Source: Squalus acanthias (lineage: Eukaryota). From it: a stretch of DNA of 64,000 nt. Every line of letters begins with the position of its first letter. Within the stretch, counting starts at the first letter, position 1. A program made the translations under genes and the position numbers. Location of the stretch: the NCBI GenBank assembly GCA_030390025.1, contig JASTWF010000036.1, positions 2,294,001-2,358,000 on the forward strand. Reading direction: 5' to 3'. Of the stretch, positions 49,652-63,256 are shown piece after piece. The notes under the pieces were generated by a model. That model was not told where the DNA came from and made no database searches. It saw only the letters and a list, made by a program, of their open reading frames with translations.

Positions 49652-50340
49652 AGGAACACAGGAACAGGAGGAGGCCATTCAGCCCCTCGAGCCTGTTCCC
49701 CCATTCAGTTAGATCATGGCGGATCTGTATCTTAACTCCATCTACCCGCCTTGGTACCGTAACCCTTACTACCCTTACCCAACAAAAACCTACCAATCTC
49801 AGTTTTGAAATTTTCAATTGATGCCCCCCCCCCCAGCCTCAACAGCTTTTTTGGGGGCGAAAGAGTTGCAGATTTCCACTGTGTAAAGAAGTGACATCAC
49901 CCCTGAACAGCCTAGCTCTAATTTTAAAGTCATGTCCCCTTGTGCTGGACTGCCCCCCTCCAGAGGGAATAGTTTCTCTCCCTCTACAATATCAAATGCT
50001 TTAGTCATCCTAAACACGAAGGTTGACGGTGTGATTTCCTGAATGTCCAGACCCTGTCCCTTGACCACTGAGCCAGACGTGGCCAGCAGTGATTCGAGTT
50101 CTCCTCAGGAGGTTGCTCGGCCATCGACTTGAGCTGTGCTGCTGGCACAATCGATTCAGTTGTAAAACTCGTCGGCTGATCGGACACGGGTGTCTACCGG
50201 CTGTGATGAGCAATCTGCGATTCTGCGGATTGACCTCAGTTTGACTGGCATCGAGGTGGAGCAACAATGGAGCTGTGTGTCCGCATGCTCCAATGCACAC
50301 ACAGATCCTCCAATCCCCAGCAGCTGCATTTTAACCATTG
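49652..50340 (-). mobile_element. CR1-tailed element with an unidentified 5' head (possible SINE)
   Basis: CR1 3' region and (GTTCCT)-type tail preceded by TGGCTCAGTGGTCAAGGGACAGGGTCTGGACATTC; 5' boundary uncertain. Confidence 0.6.
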
Positions 50341-50587
50341 GGAGAATGAGCGTCTGCTTTGTCCTGTCCGTCCTCATAAAGGTTCCATAGGACATTTTAA
50401 AAGTTCCCACGGATCCTCCCAGGCACTTTGAAGATATGGCTTCACACTAGACTGGAGTTATACTGCTGCCGATGCAAACTCAAAGCAAAGTGACATGGTA
50501 TTTTGGAGGCGGTTCTCACACTGTGTTGCTTCAGTGCATTCAAATGTCACATCATTTTCACATCCTTGTGCACTTCAAGTTGTTTTA

Positions 50588-50985
50588 CATCTAGAAAAGA
50601 GAAGGCTGAGGGGTGACCTAACAGCGATCTTTAAAATTATGAAAGGATTTGATAGGGTAGACGTGATGTTTCCACTTGTGGGGGAGACCAGAACCAGGGG
50701 CCATAAATATAAGATAGTTACTAATAAATCCAATAGGGAATTCAGGAGAGACTTCTTTACCCAGAGAGTGGTGAGAATGTGGAACTCGCTACCACAGGGA
50801 GTGGTTGAGGTGAATAGTATAGATGCATTTAAGGGGAGGCTGAACAAACACATGAGGGAGAAAGGAATAGAAGGATATGTTGATGGGGTGAGATGAAGAG
50901 GGGTGGGAGGAGGCTCATGTGGAGCATAAACACCGGCATGGACCAGTTGGGCCGAATGGTCTGTTTCTGTGCTGTAAATTCTGTG
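50588..50985 (+). mobile_element. CR1 LINE 3' end
   Basis: LEKRRLRGDL..GETRTRGHKYKI..FFTQRVVRMWNSLP. Confidence 0.9.
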
Positions 50986-51374
50986 CAATATTAACAGGAA
51001 AGTGATGGTATAAATACCGTTGAGGAGACTCACTTCCTGTCCTCTCCTTATGGCTGACAGATAATCTACTTTTCATTCTGCTGCCTTAATGATACACATT
51101 AAGCGATTCTGAGTTTCATTTGATTTATGTGTTTATTTGCGCCTTATAATTATAACACTGATGTGCAATTATATTCCTTTGTATAAGCTCGTTCAGCAGT
51201 CCTTTACCAATGTATACTGTATATTATAAAACAATTTGGAAAATGAAGAGTTCCAACTATAAATCCTCCAAAAAAAACTAGGTTGAAAAACTCTCGCACA
51301 CAACCTGACTGTTGGTACTTAAAAAAAAATACCAATTGTTCCCCTCTCATTGTCCAAGATACTCATAAGCAATA

Positions 51375-52265
51375 CCCTTGGCATTGTAGGCAGTGTAGAT
51401 GAAAGCATAACATTACAAAGGGATATCGAGAGATTAAGTGAATGGACAAAACTGTGGCAAATGGATTTCAATATAGGCAAATGTGAGGTCATCCACTTTG
51501 GGCCTAAAAAGGATAGAACAGGGTACTTTCTAAATGGTGAAAAGCTAAAAACAATGGATGTCCAAAGAGACTTGGGGGGGTCCAGGTACATCGATCATTA
51601 AAATGTCATGAACAGGTACAGAAAATAATCAAAAAGGCTAATGGAATGTTGGCCTTTATATCTAGAGGACTAGAATACAAGGGGGTAGAAGTTATGCTGC
51701 AGCTATGCAATACCCTGGTTAGACCACACCTGGAGTACTGGGAGCAGTTCTGGGCACCACACCTTAGGAAGGATATACTGGCCTTGGAGGGAGTGCAGCG
51801 TAGGTTTACCAGAATGATACCCGGACTCCAAGGGTTAAATTACAAGGTGAGATTACACAAATTAGGGCTGTATTCTCTGGAATTTAGAAGGTTAAGGGGT
51901 GATTTGATCAAAGTTTTCAAGATATTAAGGGGAACTGATGGGGTGGATAGAGAGAAACTATTTCCACTGGTTGGGGATTCTAGGACTCGGGGCATAGTCT
52001 AAAGATTAGAGCCAGACCTTTCAGGAATGAAATTAGGAAACACTTCTACACACAAAGGGTGGTAGAAGTTTGGAACTCTCTTCCGCAAACGGCAATTGAT
52101 GCTCGATCAATTGTTAATTTTAAATCTGAGAGTGATAGCTTTTTGTTAACTAAAGGTATTCAGTGATATGGGGCAAAGGCGGGTATATGGAGTTAGGTTG
52201 CAGATCAGCCCTGATCTCATCGAGGGGCTCAATGGCCTCCTCCTGTTCCTGTGTTCCTATGTTCC
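51375..52265 (+). mobile_element. CR1 LINE 3' fragment
   Basis: LQRDIERLSEW..KCEVIHFG; RPHLEYWEQFWAP; (GTTCCTAT) tail. Confidence 0.9.
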
Positions 52266-52489
52266 TTCCGCAAGTTGACTACAAAGGGTTATTTCTGTGT
52301 TACTCCTGCTCAGTAATTTCCAGATGACTTTGCTCAAGAGAGAGCGCACTTGACCTTGAGATAGCTCCAGTTCACTCTGTGAAACACTCATCAGGCTCCA
52401 CTGCATATATTTAATCGCACACCTGGCCTGTGGTCCCTTAGCAACCGCAATGCTTCTTGGAAGCTCACTTCAACAACCTGAAATAAAAG

Positions 52490-52796
52490 ACAGACTTGCA
52501 TTTCTATAGTGCTTTTCGCGACCTCAGGACGTCCCAAAGCGCTTTACAGCCAATTAAGTACTTTTTGAAGTGTGGTCACTGTTGTAATGTAGGAATCGCA
52601 GCAGCCAATTTGTACACAGCAAGATACCACAAACAGCAATGTGATAATGCTCAGATAATGTTTTTTAGTGATGTTGATTGAGGGGTAAATATTAGCCCCA
52701 GGACACCGGGGAGAACGCGCCTGCTCTCCTTCCAATAGTGCCGTAGGATCTTTGCTGTCCACCTGAGAGAGCAGACGGGGCCTCGGTTTAACGTCC
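52490..52796 (-). mobile_element. DeuSINE 3' part
   Basis: AGACTTGCATTTCTATAG..GGGGCCTCGGTTTAACGTC. Confidence 0.85.
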
Positions 52797-52990
52797 CCGA
52801 AATCCCACTCCGCTATCGGTGGGTCTGCAAGCCTTTAATCAGGGCCAGTCGCTTTTTGGCCAGTAAATTGAAGCGGAGGCCGTCTCCGCTGGTTTTCCGC
52901 CCCACAATCGATCTCCCCCGCCCCCTCCGAATTTCCGACCACGCCCATCCCGCAATCTGACCACCAAGTCCTCATACACCCAATTAGAAT

Positions 52991-53630
52991 GGGCATGAAT
53001 TCACGGTGCAGGTGGCGGGCGTATGTACAGCGGACACCGTCGGAAGCCTTGTAAAAGGCCCCGCAAGTTCTGGGCTTCTGCGTGCGCTGCGCATGCGCGA
53101 AAACCCGGAATTGCGATGTCAAGGATCGCCTCGACAGATTGTCCGCATGCGCCCCCAAAACACTTTCACTGGCGCAGAGTTGGGCTATTTGCCCAGCAAA
53201 TGCCCACAAAACCCTTACGCCTGGTAAAAGCAGGCGTAGGGTTAAAATAAATGTTAAATCAAAAACATTTAAAATTACTTTATGTAAATTTTGGCCTGGA
53301 TTAAAATTATTTTTCAAACAATTACATTTTTATCTTAAATGCTTAATTAAAGGGAGGCTTAATTAAATTTGAACATGGGAACATTAGTTTTATTTCAGTT
53401 GTGTTAATTATTCATTTATTTGGGGATTTCTCATCAGCTTATGAGGAATCCCCGTGTCATTGGTTGACCGGGGCCCACGTGATCCCAGGGACGCTTCCGA
53501 ACCGCCTGCGTCCCTGGGATCCGTGGGCCTTTACGCCTGCAGGCCCAGGACCCGAAGGCTCCAGAGCCCAGGAGCCAGGAGGTAGGTTCGTATTTTTTTC
53601 CGGGTCGGAGACGTATGCAAATTTCGGCCC
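52991..53630. mobile_element. Harbinger-type MITE related to family C, opposite orientation
   Basis: Imperfect TIR GGGCATGAATT / AATTTCGGCCC; TSD AAT at 52988-52990 and 53631-53633; shares GGGATCACGTGGG and GCGCATGCGC blocks with 40526-41288. Confidence 0.8.
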
Positions 53631-55312
53631 AATATAATGGGGGCCAGTGGCGCTGCAGCCTGAATTTCCTGGTTTTGTGCTCACAGTGAATTCGTTGGGG
53701 GTGGCGTGGGGGGAGGGAGTAAGAATGGGAGGTGTGACGGAAGTCAGGAGTCTCCGAGTCTGAGCACTGCCGACAGCGATTCCGACATTTTTCTCAGCAT
53801 TTTCTGACTTTACGGCTGATTAAATACATTGATATGCCAATAGTACCATAAAAATGTCAGGCATTTTGGAGGAGCATTTGAAGTTTGAAAGCAAAATGAA
53901 AACCTACAAGCTGAAATGTGTGGCAGAGTGTTGAACATCTGCAGGTTGTACGGCGAGTTCTGGGAAAGGAAGTGCTGACAAAAAAGGTCAAAGGGCTTCC
54001 ACCATTTTGTTTGTGGCATGCTATGTATATGGTGAAGATAGAAAAATAAAGTGTTCTTTTTAGAAGAAGTGTCTGATCGCTCTGACAGGATCAGTACACG
54101 ACAGTATTAACCAAATTAAATCCTGCTGCCTTCTATTTTCAATGGAACTGTTAACCCAATTAAAAGAGACTAATATTGTACAGAGTGATTTCAACCCACT
54201 AGTGTATGTTAGCATCTCATTCTGACCATAGACAAATTACATAATGCCACTTAGAATCAGGATATCACGCCAGCAATGCTGTGAAAAATTCACTGTGACA
54301 TGTCCCTTTAAGAGGAGTCCAATACGTATCTCTCCAGCAGGTGGTGCAGCAGTTACCATTGAAAGCAGAGTGATAAAACTGCTGCATCAGCTCAACCCTT
54401 CAGCACGTGTGCACTGCAGATTCCTCACTTCCTCTGTGATGTAATCCCCACTTCAGTCTCTCTCTGACATTTACGAGATGAATCTCTCTCCAGCTCCCAT
54501 TTCCCCTCTACAAAGGCGCACGGTGCAGCTGCAGTTCTCTGGCTGGACTCCAGAAAGCAGAGAGAAGAGACACATTAAGATGATGCACACACCTCTCTCG
54601 CTGCTGCTGGTTTCTGAATATCATGAAAGCTCAGGGGGCGGAGGGGAGGGTGGGGACTGCGTGCTGGCATCCTATTTATTCAGAATCCACCGGCTTTCTG
54701 TCCTGCATCAAAATAGGGCGTTCTTTCTGCGCATCCGAGGCATTTACAAGAAGCTCTGCGATGTCTCCCTGCTGCTGGTTTTACCTGTTTAACAGCAGCA
54801 TGTTACTGCAAAATGAATTCATTACTTTAACCAGTGAACCCATTATTTTCAATAAACGATTGAATATATGCATTATAAAGACAAATATTGGCATAAGAAC
54901 AGGATAAAAATGTTGACGGTTGCTTAAAAATCAAAACTAATGCACTTCCAAAAGCAACCATTTGGAACAGAAAGCAGAATACAAGATCCGTAGGGGTATT
55001 TAAAGGGAAATGTGCCATTTGGAGATTTTTATTTTACAAGTGATTCTTGAACAAAGGACAAACACACCAACAGGGATGGACACAGTGGGTGCAGTGGTGT
55101 CACCACTATGACGCAGTAACACTTCTGCAGTTTACTTATTAATAAGAGGCTTCCTGATTTTACAAGACTGATATTTTTCCAGCCTTACCATTTTCCCTGA
55201 TAAATTCCAAAATATTAAAATAAATACCAGCACAACTAACGCTGAAAAAATCATTCTTTTCCAGATATAAATTGTATCTTTGTGAACTGATGGCACACAG
55301 AGTTAGACATTC

Positions 55313-55828
55313 CAACAACTTGTATTTATATAGCGCCTTTAATGTAGTAAAAAGGTCCCGAGGCGCTCTACAGGAGTGATTATCAAACATTGTTTGATAC
55401 CGAGCCGTGTAAGGAGATATTAGGACAGATGATCAAAAGCTTGGTCAAAGAGGTAGGTTTTAAGGAGTGTCTTAAAGGAGGAAAGAGGCGGAGAGGTTTA
55501 GGGAGGGAATTCCAGAGTTTAGGGCCCAGGCAACAGAAGGCACGGCCACCAATGGTGGAGCGATTATAATCAGGGATGCTCAAGAGGCCAGAATTAGAGG
55601 AGCGCAGATATCTCGGGGGGGCTGTGGGGCTGGAGCAGATTACAGAGATAGGGAGGGGCGAGGCCATGGAGGGATTTAAAAACAAGGATGAGAATTTTAA
55701 AATCGAGGTGTTGCCAGATTGGGAGCCAGTGTTGGTCAGCGAGCACAGGGGTGATGGGCGAACGGGACTTGGTGCGAGTTAGGACACGGGCAACAGAGTT
55801 TTGGCTGACCTCAAGTTTATGTAGGGTT
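55313..55828 (-). mobile_element. L2 LINE 3' end
   Basis: RYLRSSNSGLL..GGRAFCCLGPKLWNSLP; CAACAACTTGTATTTATATAGCGCC terminus. Confidence 0.9.
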
Positions 55829-55994
55829 AGCCTTTCATTGCTGGGACCTGGGTTCCAGCTTCTCGGTATTTGTCTGAAAACACTTTCGCAATGAATTCAC
55901 AGCAGTTCCTGTAAGCATACCTTCCCCGCTATGATCTGAAAATGGTGTTTTTATTGATAATCTGCTTTTGCAGTGGATTAACAATTATTTTAAT

Positions 55995-57490
55995 GCAAGA
56001 CTTCAACCAGCCTAGCATAAATTGGGAACATCCAAGTGGTTTAGGGTCAGAATTGGTAAAAACAAATGCATGACCGCATTATGACTTAATGTGCAACGGA
56101 TGCCACAAGCGACAGTACTTATCTTGACCCAGAATGATCAGGTTTAACATTCAGTTATACCAGTAACCAGAGCAGGGTCAATAACTTTAAAAGGGCTCAA
56201 TTCAAAGAAATGAGGGAATAATTAATACTAATGGATCGGAGGAGGATATTTGTCAACATTTCAGTCGAAGACAAATGGGACGCCTTTAAAGGAATAATGC
56301 TGAACATGCACGACAACTACATACCTAAGATCAGGAAGCTCAGACTGAACAAGCATGTCCCTAAATGAACTAACAACTTAAAATTGAAATATAAAAGAAA
56401 ATGACCGTTGCAAATCTTGCAGGGAAAACTGGATTGGGTTCACTGGGATGAATATAGGTTCACACAGAAACATGTGAAAAAAGTTAATAAGCAGGATAAA
56501 GAAAGACCTAGAAAAAAGCATAGTCACAGAGGCAAAAGATAACAGTACAAATTAACAAGCGGGCTGGCAGAGAAGAGGGGCGAACATTAAAAGATGGAAA
56601 TGAACTTGAAACTGAGGATGGGCACAAGATAGTAAGTATTCTGAATTATTACTTCCTCAAAGTATTCAAAAAAGACTTGCATTTCTATAGCGCCTTTCAC
56701 GACCACCAGACGTCTGAAAGAGCTTTACAGCCAATGAAGTACTTTTTTGGAGTGTAGTCACTGTTGTAATGTAGGAAACACGTCAGCCAATTTGTGCACA
56801 GCAAGATCCCACAAACAGCAATATGATAATGACCAGATAATGTTTTTTTTTTGTTATGTTGATTGAGGGATAAATATTGGCCAAGACACCGAGGATAACT
56901 CCCCTGCTCTTCTTCAAAATAGTGCCATGGGATCTTTCCCGTCCATCTGAGAGAGCAGATGGGGCCTCGGTTTAACATCTCATCCGAAAGACGGCACCTC
57001 CGACAGTGCAGCGCTCCCTCAGCACTGCACTGGGAGTGTCAGCCTAGATTTTTGTGCTCAAGTCCCTGGAGTGAGACTTGACCCCACAACCTTCTGACTC
57101 AGAGGCAAGAGTGCTGCCCACTGAGTCACAGCTGACACTCAAGACAAGACAAGACATGAACAACATGCCCTTTTCAAACAGAAAAGAGTACCAAGGCAAA
57201 ATTCAGGACTTCAATGTAAATAAGATGGAAGTTCTACACAAGCTGAAAGGTCTTAAATAATCCCTATGGCTGTATGGCATTCACCCCAGAGTGTCAAGAG
57301 AGATGAACAGGGAGATTTGAGACACTGATGATCGTTATGAGGGAGTCAAGGGACACTGGAGGGGGTGAGTACCAGTAGATTGGAAACAGGCTATTCAACA
57401 AGGGTGGCATAACAGACAGAGACAACTGCAGACCAATTAGTCTTACCTCAATTCTGTATAAAATAAAAGAATCGATTATCAGAAGTAAAC
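55995..57490 (+). mobile_element. old, decayed CR1-type ORF2 (endonuclease to RT start), split by a DeuSINE
   Basis: DFNQPSINW (~55999), KWDAFK, LNYYFLKVF, GIHPRV, NCRPISLTS motifs in the expected order with many stops. Confidence 0.65.
56669..57138 (-). mobile_element. DeuSINE (SacSINE1-like), full length
   Basis: Reverse complement of the 35001-35460 pattern. Confidence 0.9.
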
Positions 57491-60479
57491 ATGCGACAGT
57501 GATCAACACTTGGAATGGATGTCCAGGCAGAATGATGGAGACACAAACCCGGGAATCATTTAAGGAACAACTAGATGCAGCAATGGGGGTAGTGGGTGGG
57601 TGGTGTTAGGGATGGATGAATTAACATGGGCCAAATGGCCTTTCGCATCTAATTATTTGATGAATAATATACTACCTGGATTTACTATATTTTCATACTC
57701 TTTTTGGAATGGCAGAATATTAAAGACCAAAGTCTTTACAGGTTAAAACAACTAAAAATATTTATTTTACAATCCAATGGAAATATGAAGCACAAAAGAA
57801 TTCAGCAAATACATTGAACATAAATATAAATCGGCAGAATCTGTAATGGGTTCATTGCCCTTTTAAAGAAGTGTCTTTGGAAAATAACACAAGGTCTGTC
57901 TGTCCTTGACCTCTTGTCCCATATTGGGCTTGTTGCTGGTTGTGTTTGAATCAAGATGTATGCAACACAAACCCTGTGTTATGGAATCTCTTCCATCTGA
58001 CCAAATCTCAGAACTCCAAAACGAACTGCTCATTTAAAATATCTTGCAATTGGGACGTTGGCGTGTTGGAGTTATCTTTCCTGGGATAGCTCAAATGTTT
58101 TGTTTCCCCAACAAGAACAGATACTGACTCATTACCATACGAGATTGCTTTTGCATACTCGAAGATAGATTCCCAGGCAAACAGACAAAGGTCAACAATA
58201 TTACAATTCAAAAATATAAATAGCATCCTACAACTTTAATTTAATTACAGTATCTTACAGAAACTAAGATAAGTTTTCCCCGACAGAGCTTCACACTATT
58301 TACATATTATCAGACAGCCACAATGGATAAATCATTCTTTTATTAAAGATACAGGAACAATTATCCAGCTGTTAGTGATGCAATACAGTGGCCACCTTCC
58401 GAATTTCATTTTAAACTCTCCCAAAGAAATCTACACATTCGTGACAGACTTTGCATGGAGTTTAGTATCATCAAATTCAGTGTCAGTGAGATTAATAACT
58501 GATTTACTGTTGCAATGAGTCATTCACTGGTTCACTCAATGTGATGGCAGGATGTGGTTAAGTCACTATTTAGTTATCAAGATCAGGGAACACATCAACA
58601 GAATATTAGTCAATAAATTAGTCATTGACATTTTTTCAAATAACAAAAATGTGTGTGAGCAAATCTTGGAGACGAGTTAACTCAACTAATTGGCAGAATT
58701 TGTTGAGAATATTTCAAGAGTTGTTGATAATTGAACAATTGGTTAACAAAATGATTTTTGGATAAGAATTGTAGTATTGTCATTTAATTTTGGATATCCA
58801 AAATTTGGTATTGGTCAAACTGAAGATCTCATCTCAATCACAGTGGCTCGTACACCATACTATAGAGGATTCACAAATATACTATTATACAGAGGACTAC
58901 ATATACAAAGTATTTATATGGAGAATATTGCAGAGGAATTACACATACAATGCAAAGTACAGTAAAAACAGCAGAAACTGTCCTGTCTATGGATTAATTG
59001 GTTCCATCTATGCAGTGTTACCCTTCTTTTAGAATGCCATTTTCTACTGTTTTGCACAACAATGTAGACAATAGAGGAGAAAGCCTAAGGTACTTCTTCA
59101 AACATCTCTTTCACATTTCTAGATCGAGCTTGTCATCTACTAGGTTTTCTATCTTTCACCTGTAGCTTCTAACCTCCCCCAGGACCTCAAAACTGTGGAT
59201 CCCTTTAACTCCCTCATCCTTCCTTCCCTTCTCCAATCTACAGACCTGTAAAACCCAAGTTTGACATCAGCAAATTACTTCTCAATTTACCTCATCTTTT
59301 CTTCTACTCCTTTCAGCCTTGTTGGGGTCCTATACTATGGGTTTGGTCTTTCACCCAAGTTTCTCAATTAAGAGCCCACTTACAAGATTCACCCTAAGGA
59401 ATGAACATATCCTGGCTTGCTGTTGGAAAAGATAAAGGGAGGTATCAGCTGCAGGTGTGAGAAGTTGTCCCTTAACCCCAAAGTCTATACTCTGAGACAA
59501 CAGAAATAAGAGAGTGTCATCGGGGCTCAAACATTTCAAAGTGTTTTCAGTACTGTGCAGGATTAGTTAATCCAGTTGCATAGTTATAGAATCATAGAAT
59601 GATACAGCACAGAAGGAGGCCATCGGCCCATTGTGCCTCTACTGGAACAGCACAGTATGTCAATTAGCTGAGCAGTAAGTGGATCAGTTGTTGATTCCTT
59701 GTCAAACTGATCCACAACCAGCCACCTTCCTTTGTGCGCTGCAAGACATTGCCAGCCAGGCCTCCTCGGACTGATACAATTATTGGGGAAGTCTCATGTG
59801 CCACGATGACCACGATGCCATTCCTCAAAGAGGCTGACCCTATGAAGGATCCTGGCAGTGGTCCTTTCTCCCAATGTTGATGTGTTTACCTTTTTGTCTT
59901 TGAAACTATAAACATTGTGTTTCATCACTTTTGCATGCATGCTATATATCTCCAACACCACAAAATCTATTTAGAATTTGAAAATATATATTTTCTTCAA
60001 AAGGTGGCGTATTGCCCTTCTGGAGTGCTCCAATACATGTACTGTGCCTTTGGGTTTCTTCCCGTATGTTTGCAGAACATGCCTCGTCTCATGCCAGGTA
60101 ATTTGTTTAAAAAAAAAGAGTTGGGTACAGTGTGACTGTTATGTAACTCATACTTGTTCCTGTTTCTTTAGGTATATAGCATATCATTGGAGGTAGTTCA
60201 TAAAAATCAGAGATTGCCTTAAACACCTAAAAACCCATCTGTAATGACATCATAGTGAATGCCACGAGGAATAGAAATCCCAACAATTTCAGATGCAGCA
60301 TTAGTGCACAGCAAGCTCCCACAAACAGCAATGTGATAATGCGAAATGTGTAAATTATGGCGCATTGGTTTGTACATTTAAAAATAAAGGGAAAATAAAA
60401 GGTTTGCCGCCGCTTTCTTATTGGTTTAACTGGTGCTTTATTTCATCATAAGATTATTACAGCGCGAATGCATTTAAGG

Positions 60480-60838
60480 CATGCTTGTGTTGTGGCTACG
60501 GTACCGGCTTCGCGAGCGAGAGTTTGTGTTTTCAAATCCTACCATGGTAAGTTGTGAATCCGAATTCAGTAAACCTGGTCATTTGTGAGCTCGCATTAGA
60601 AAATAAATGACCATGAAAGCTACCAAACTGAACTGGTTCAGGGAAGGGAGCCTGCTGTCCCTATTCCCTACCCTGGTCTGATCTGCATGAAAATCCAGTT
60701 CCTCACTATATCGTAAACTCTTAATACTCCCCCGAGGTGCCTGAGCAAGCCACTCAGTTGTCACGGCAACTAGGGATAGACAATAAATGTAGCGTTGGCA
60801 ACATCACCCACATCCTGAGAACAAATAATTTTAAAAAT
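60480..60838 (+). mobile_element. degenerate tRNA-type SINE (unnamed family)
   Basis: TTCAAATCCTACCATGG head remnant; GCAAGCCACTCAGTTG..GGCAACTAGGGAT..CAATAAATG..CCCACATCC 3' end. Confidence 0.55.
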
Positions 60839-60914
60839 TGTGGGATAATGCACTGTATTTAATTCACTGTCAAAGATACAAGTGTGTACAAATATCACCA
60901 AAACCAGGGTTACT

Positions 60915-61130
60915 TAGGTGAGCAGTAGAGGCACTGAACATGGTCTCAGTGCGAGTTAAAATCAACCAGGTTTTCCACTCCTGATCACTATGACTCCTGC
61001 GGGAATGTGCGGGTGAGGACGGGGGTGGGTTTAGCTTTGATGCCTCCTCACCTCGAGTTCAACAGTCTGGACTCACACATGAAGAATGACCATTTGGGTA
61101 AGGCTGGCCGTTACCCCTAGAACTGTTTCA
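60915..61130 (+). mobile_element. AmnSINE2-like old SINE fragment
   Basis: AAAATCAACCAGG..CTCCTGATCACTA..CTCACACATGAAGAATGACCA. Confidence 0.5.
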
Positions 61131-61201
61131 AGGGATATGGTTACCACCAAGAGAACCATTCTGCTGCAAATGAAACCTGAATGATCACATAACTTTAGAT
61201 A

Positions 61202-61674
61202 AAAAGAAGAGAAAGAACTTGCATTTCTACAGCGTCCTTCACAACCTCAGGACGTCCCAAAGTGCTTTACAGCCAATGAAGTACTTTTGAAGTGGAGTCA
61301 CTGTCGTAATGTAGGAAACGAGGTAGCCAATTTGTGCACAGCAAGCTCCCACAAACAGCAATGTGATAATGACCAGATCATCTGTTTTAGTGATGTTCGT
61401 TGAGGGATAAATATCGTCAAGGACACCAGGGTGAACTCCCCTGCTCTTCTTCGAAATAGTGGCCGTAGGATCTTTTACATCCACCTGAGGGGGCAGACGG
61501 GGCTTCGGTTTAACGTCTCATCTGAAAGACGGCACCTCCGACAGTGCAGCACTCCCTCAGCACTGCACTGGAGTGTCGGTCTGGATTTTGTACTCAAGTC
61601 TCTGGAGTGGGACTTGAACCCACAACCTTCTGACTCAGAGGCGAGGGTGCTGCCCACTGAGCCACAGCTGACAC
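61202..61674 (-). mobile_element. DeuSINE (SacSINE1-like), full length
   Basis: Complete head, Deu domain and tail. Confidence 0.9.
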
Positions 61675-63256
61675 TAAAAGAACAGTTCAGACCCACAGCA
61701 TTTAAATAATGACAGAAGACAAGCTGATAGTCCAACAGCCTGCCTTTTTTGTAAAACAGAAAATGATATAAAACATGTAATGGGTTAAACATGTCAACAG
61801 ACTGGGTCAGCTGAGCTGCAGCTCATTCCAGAAACACTTGTGTCTTCCAGTTCTGTGCTGCCCAGGCCCCAGATTGATTCACTGGTAGCTGTAGGAAATG
61901 CTGATACAGTGAGACTGCAAGACAATTTCTGCTTCAGTCTCTGAGTCCTCTCTTTACAGTTGAAAATTTGGCAAATAGAACGATGTCTAAACAATTCTGC
62001 ATCTTGTTTAAGTCATGGAAAAGCAAATGTTGATTCATTTGATAAAGCATCCCAAGATTAAATGCTGAAATCCACTTAACCGACAATGTATGCCATTTGT
62101 GCTGTAGATCATCGCATCACTTTTTCTGCCTCGACCCCAATTTTTCCACCATTTCCTCTCCCTCGGTCCTCTACCACTTCCATGTTATGCTCACTGGTCA
62201 GAAACATGGCAGGTGCAGGGTTCCCAACTCTGGTTGGTCACATTGCTGGAGGTGTCATCACAGGACACCCTGCCTCCAACTGCCCTGCCCCCACACTCCC
62301 GCCATTGGTCGCCCGACATGTCCATCCTTGCGGTGCCCCGCCTTCCCACGGCCAATCGGAAAGCGAACAGACTGTTCAGTACCCGATTGAATGACAATCA
62401 AGAATCATCCAAAAAGCTTTTCCCCATGTCTGATATTTTTATAACTAAAACAAAAATGTTTAAACAACATTTTTAAAGAACACATTTTTTTGACACCCCT
62501 GTGATTTTTCTCACGGTTTTTGCTCGCAGCAGTGTCCTGGAGATTAACCTTCAATTCCTGGAGACTCCAGGGCCAATCCTGGAGGAGTTGGCGACCCTAG
62601 ATAGGTGTTATGATGCTTAGTGGTACAGCCCAGTCTGTGGTCACCTTGACAAAGTGCCTCTGATGGATTGACGAGGAGCTGTGCTTAAATGATGTAGGAA
62701 TAGCCCCCACTAATTTCTCCCCTTGCTTGTCCACCATTGTCCCCCTTTCACAACCTCAATTGATAAAGTCAATGAGCAGCACCCTCAAGGTTCTTGTTTG
62801 CTTTCACAAGGTTCTGAGCAGGTCGCTTGATCATACTCTTAGCCAGGGAACGGCCTGTGATGTGGGAGAACTTAAGAGAGAGAAAACATTGAAAGAATTA
62901 GGGGTGTAAATACAAACAGTGCCAGAACCTCAAGTACATCTGTATTCAGTTGACTTGTGCCTTTAAGCCAAACAAAAATCACTGCTTATACACAAAGGGA
63001 CACAATGTTCCCTTGTGTATACTCAGCCCTGTTTTGCACATCTAGCTGTATGTTTCTCCACCATCTGGGCAAGTGGCAGCAGAGCAGCTGTCATCTGTGG
63101 CTGGAACCAAAGCAAGAAAATTGGATGTATTTTTTTAATGAAGTTTTAGAAACTTAAATAATATATACCTGGTGGGAGGCTGTGAAGATGTAAACATCAA
63201 TTCCTTGTGATGTAGATTGGAATGTGCAATTTTTGGTAGAATGCACCCCATTCCTT

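Noticed and set aside
58008..58226. Minus-strand 72-aa ORF after a TTGTAG acceptor-like site
   Set aside because: No recognisable homology; length within chance expectation
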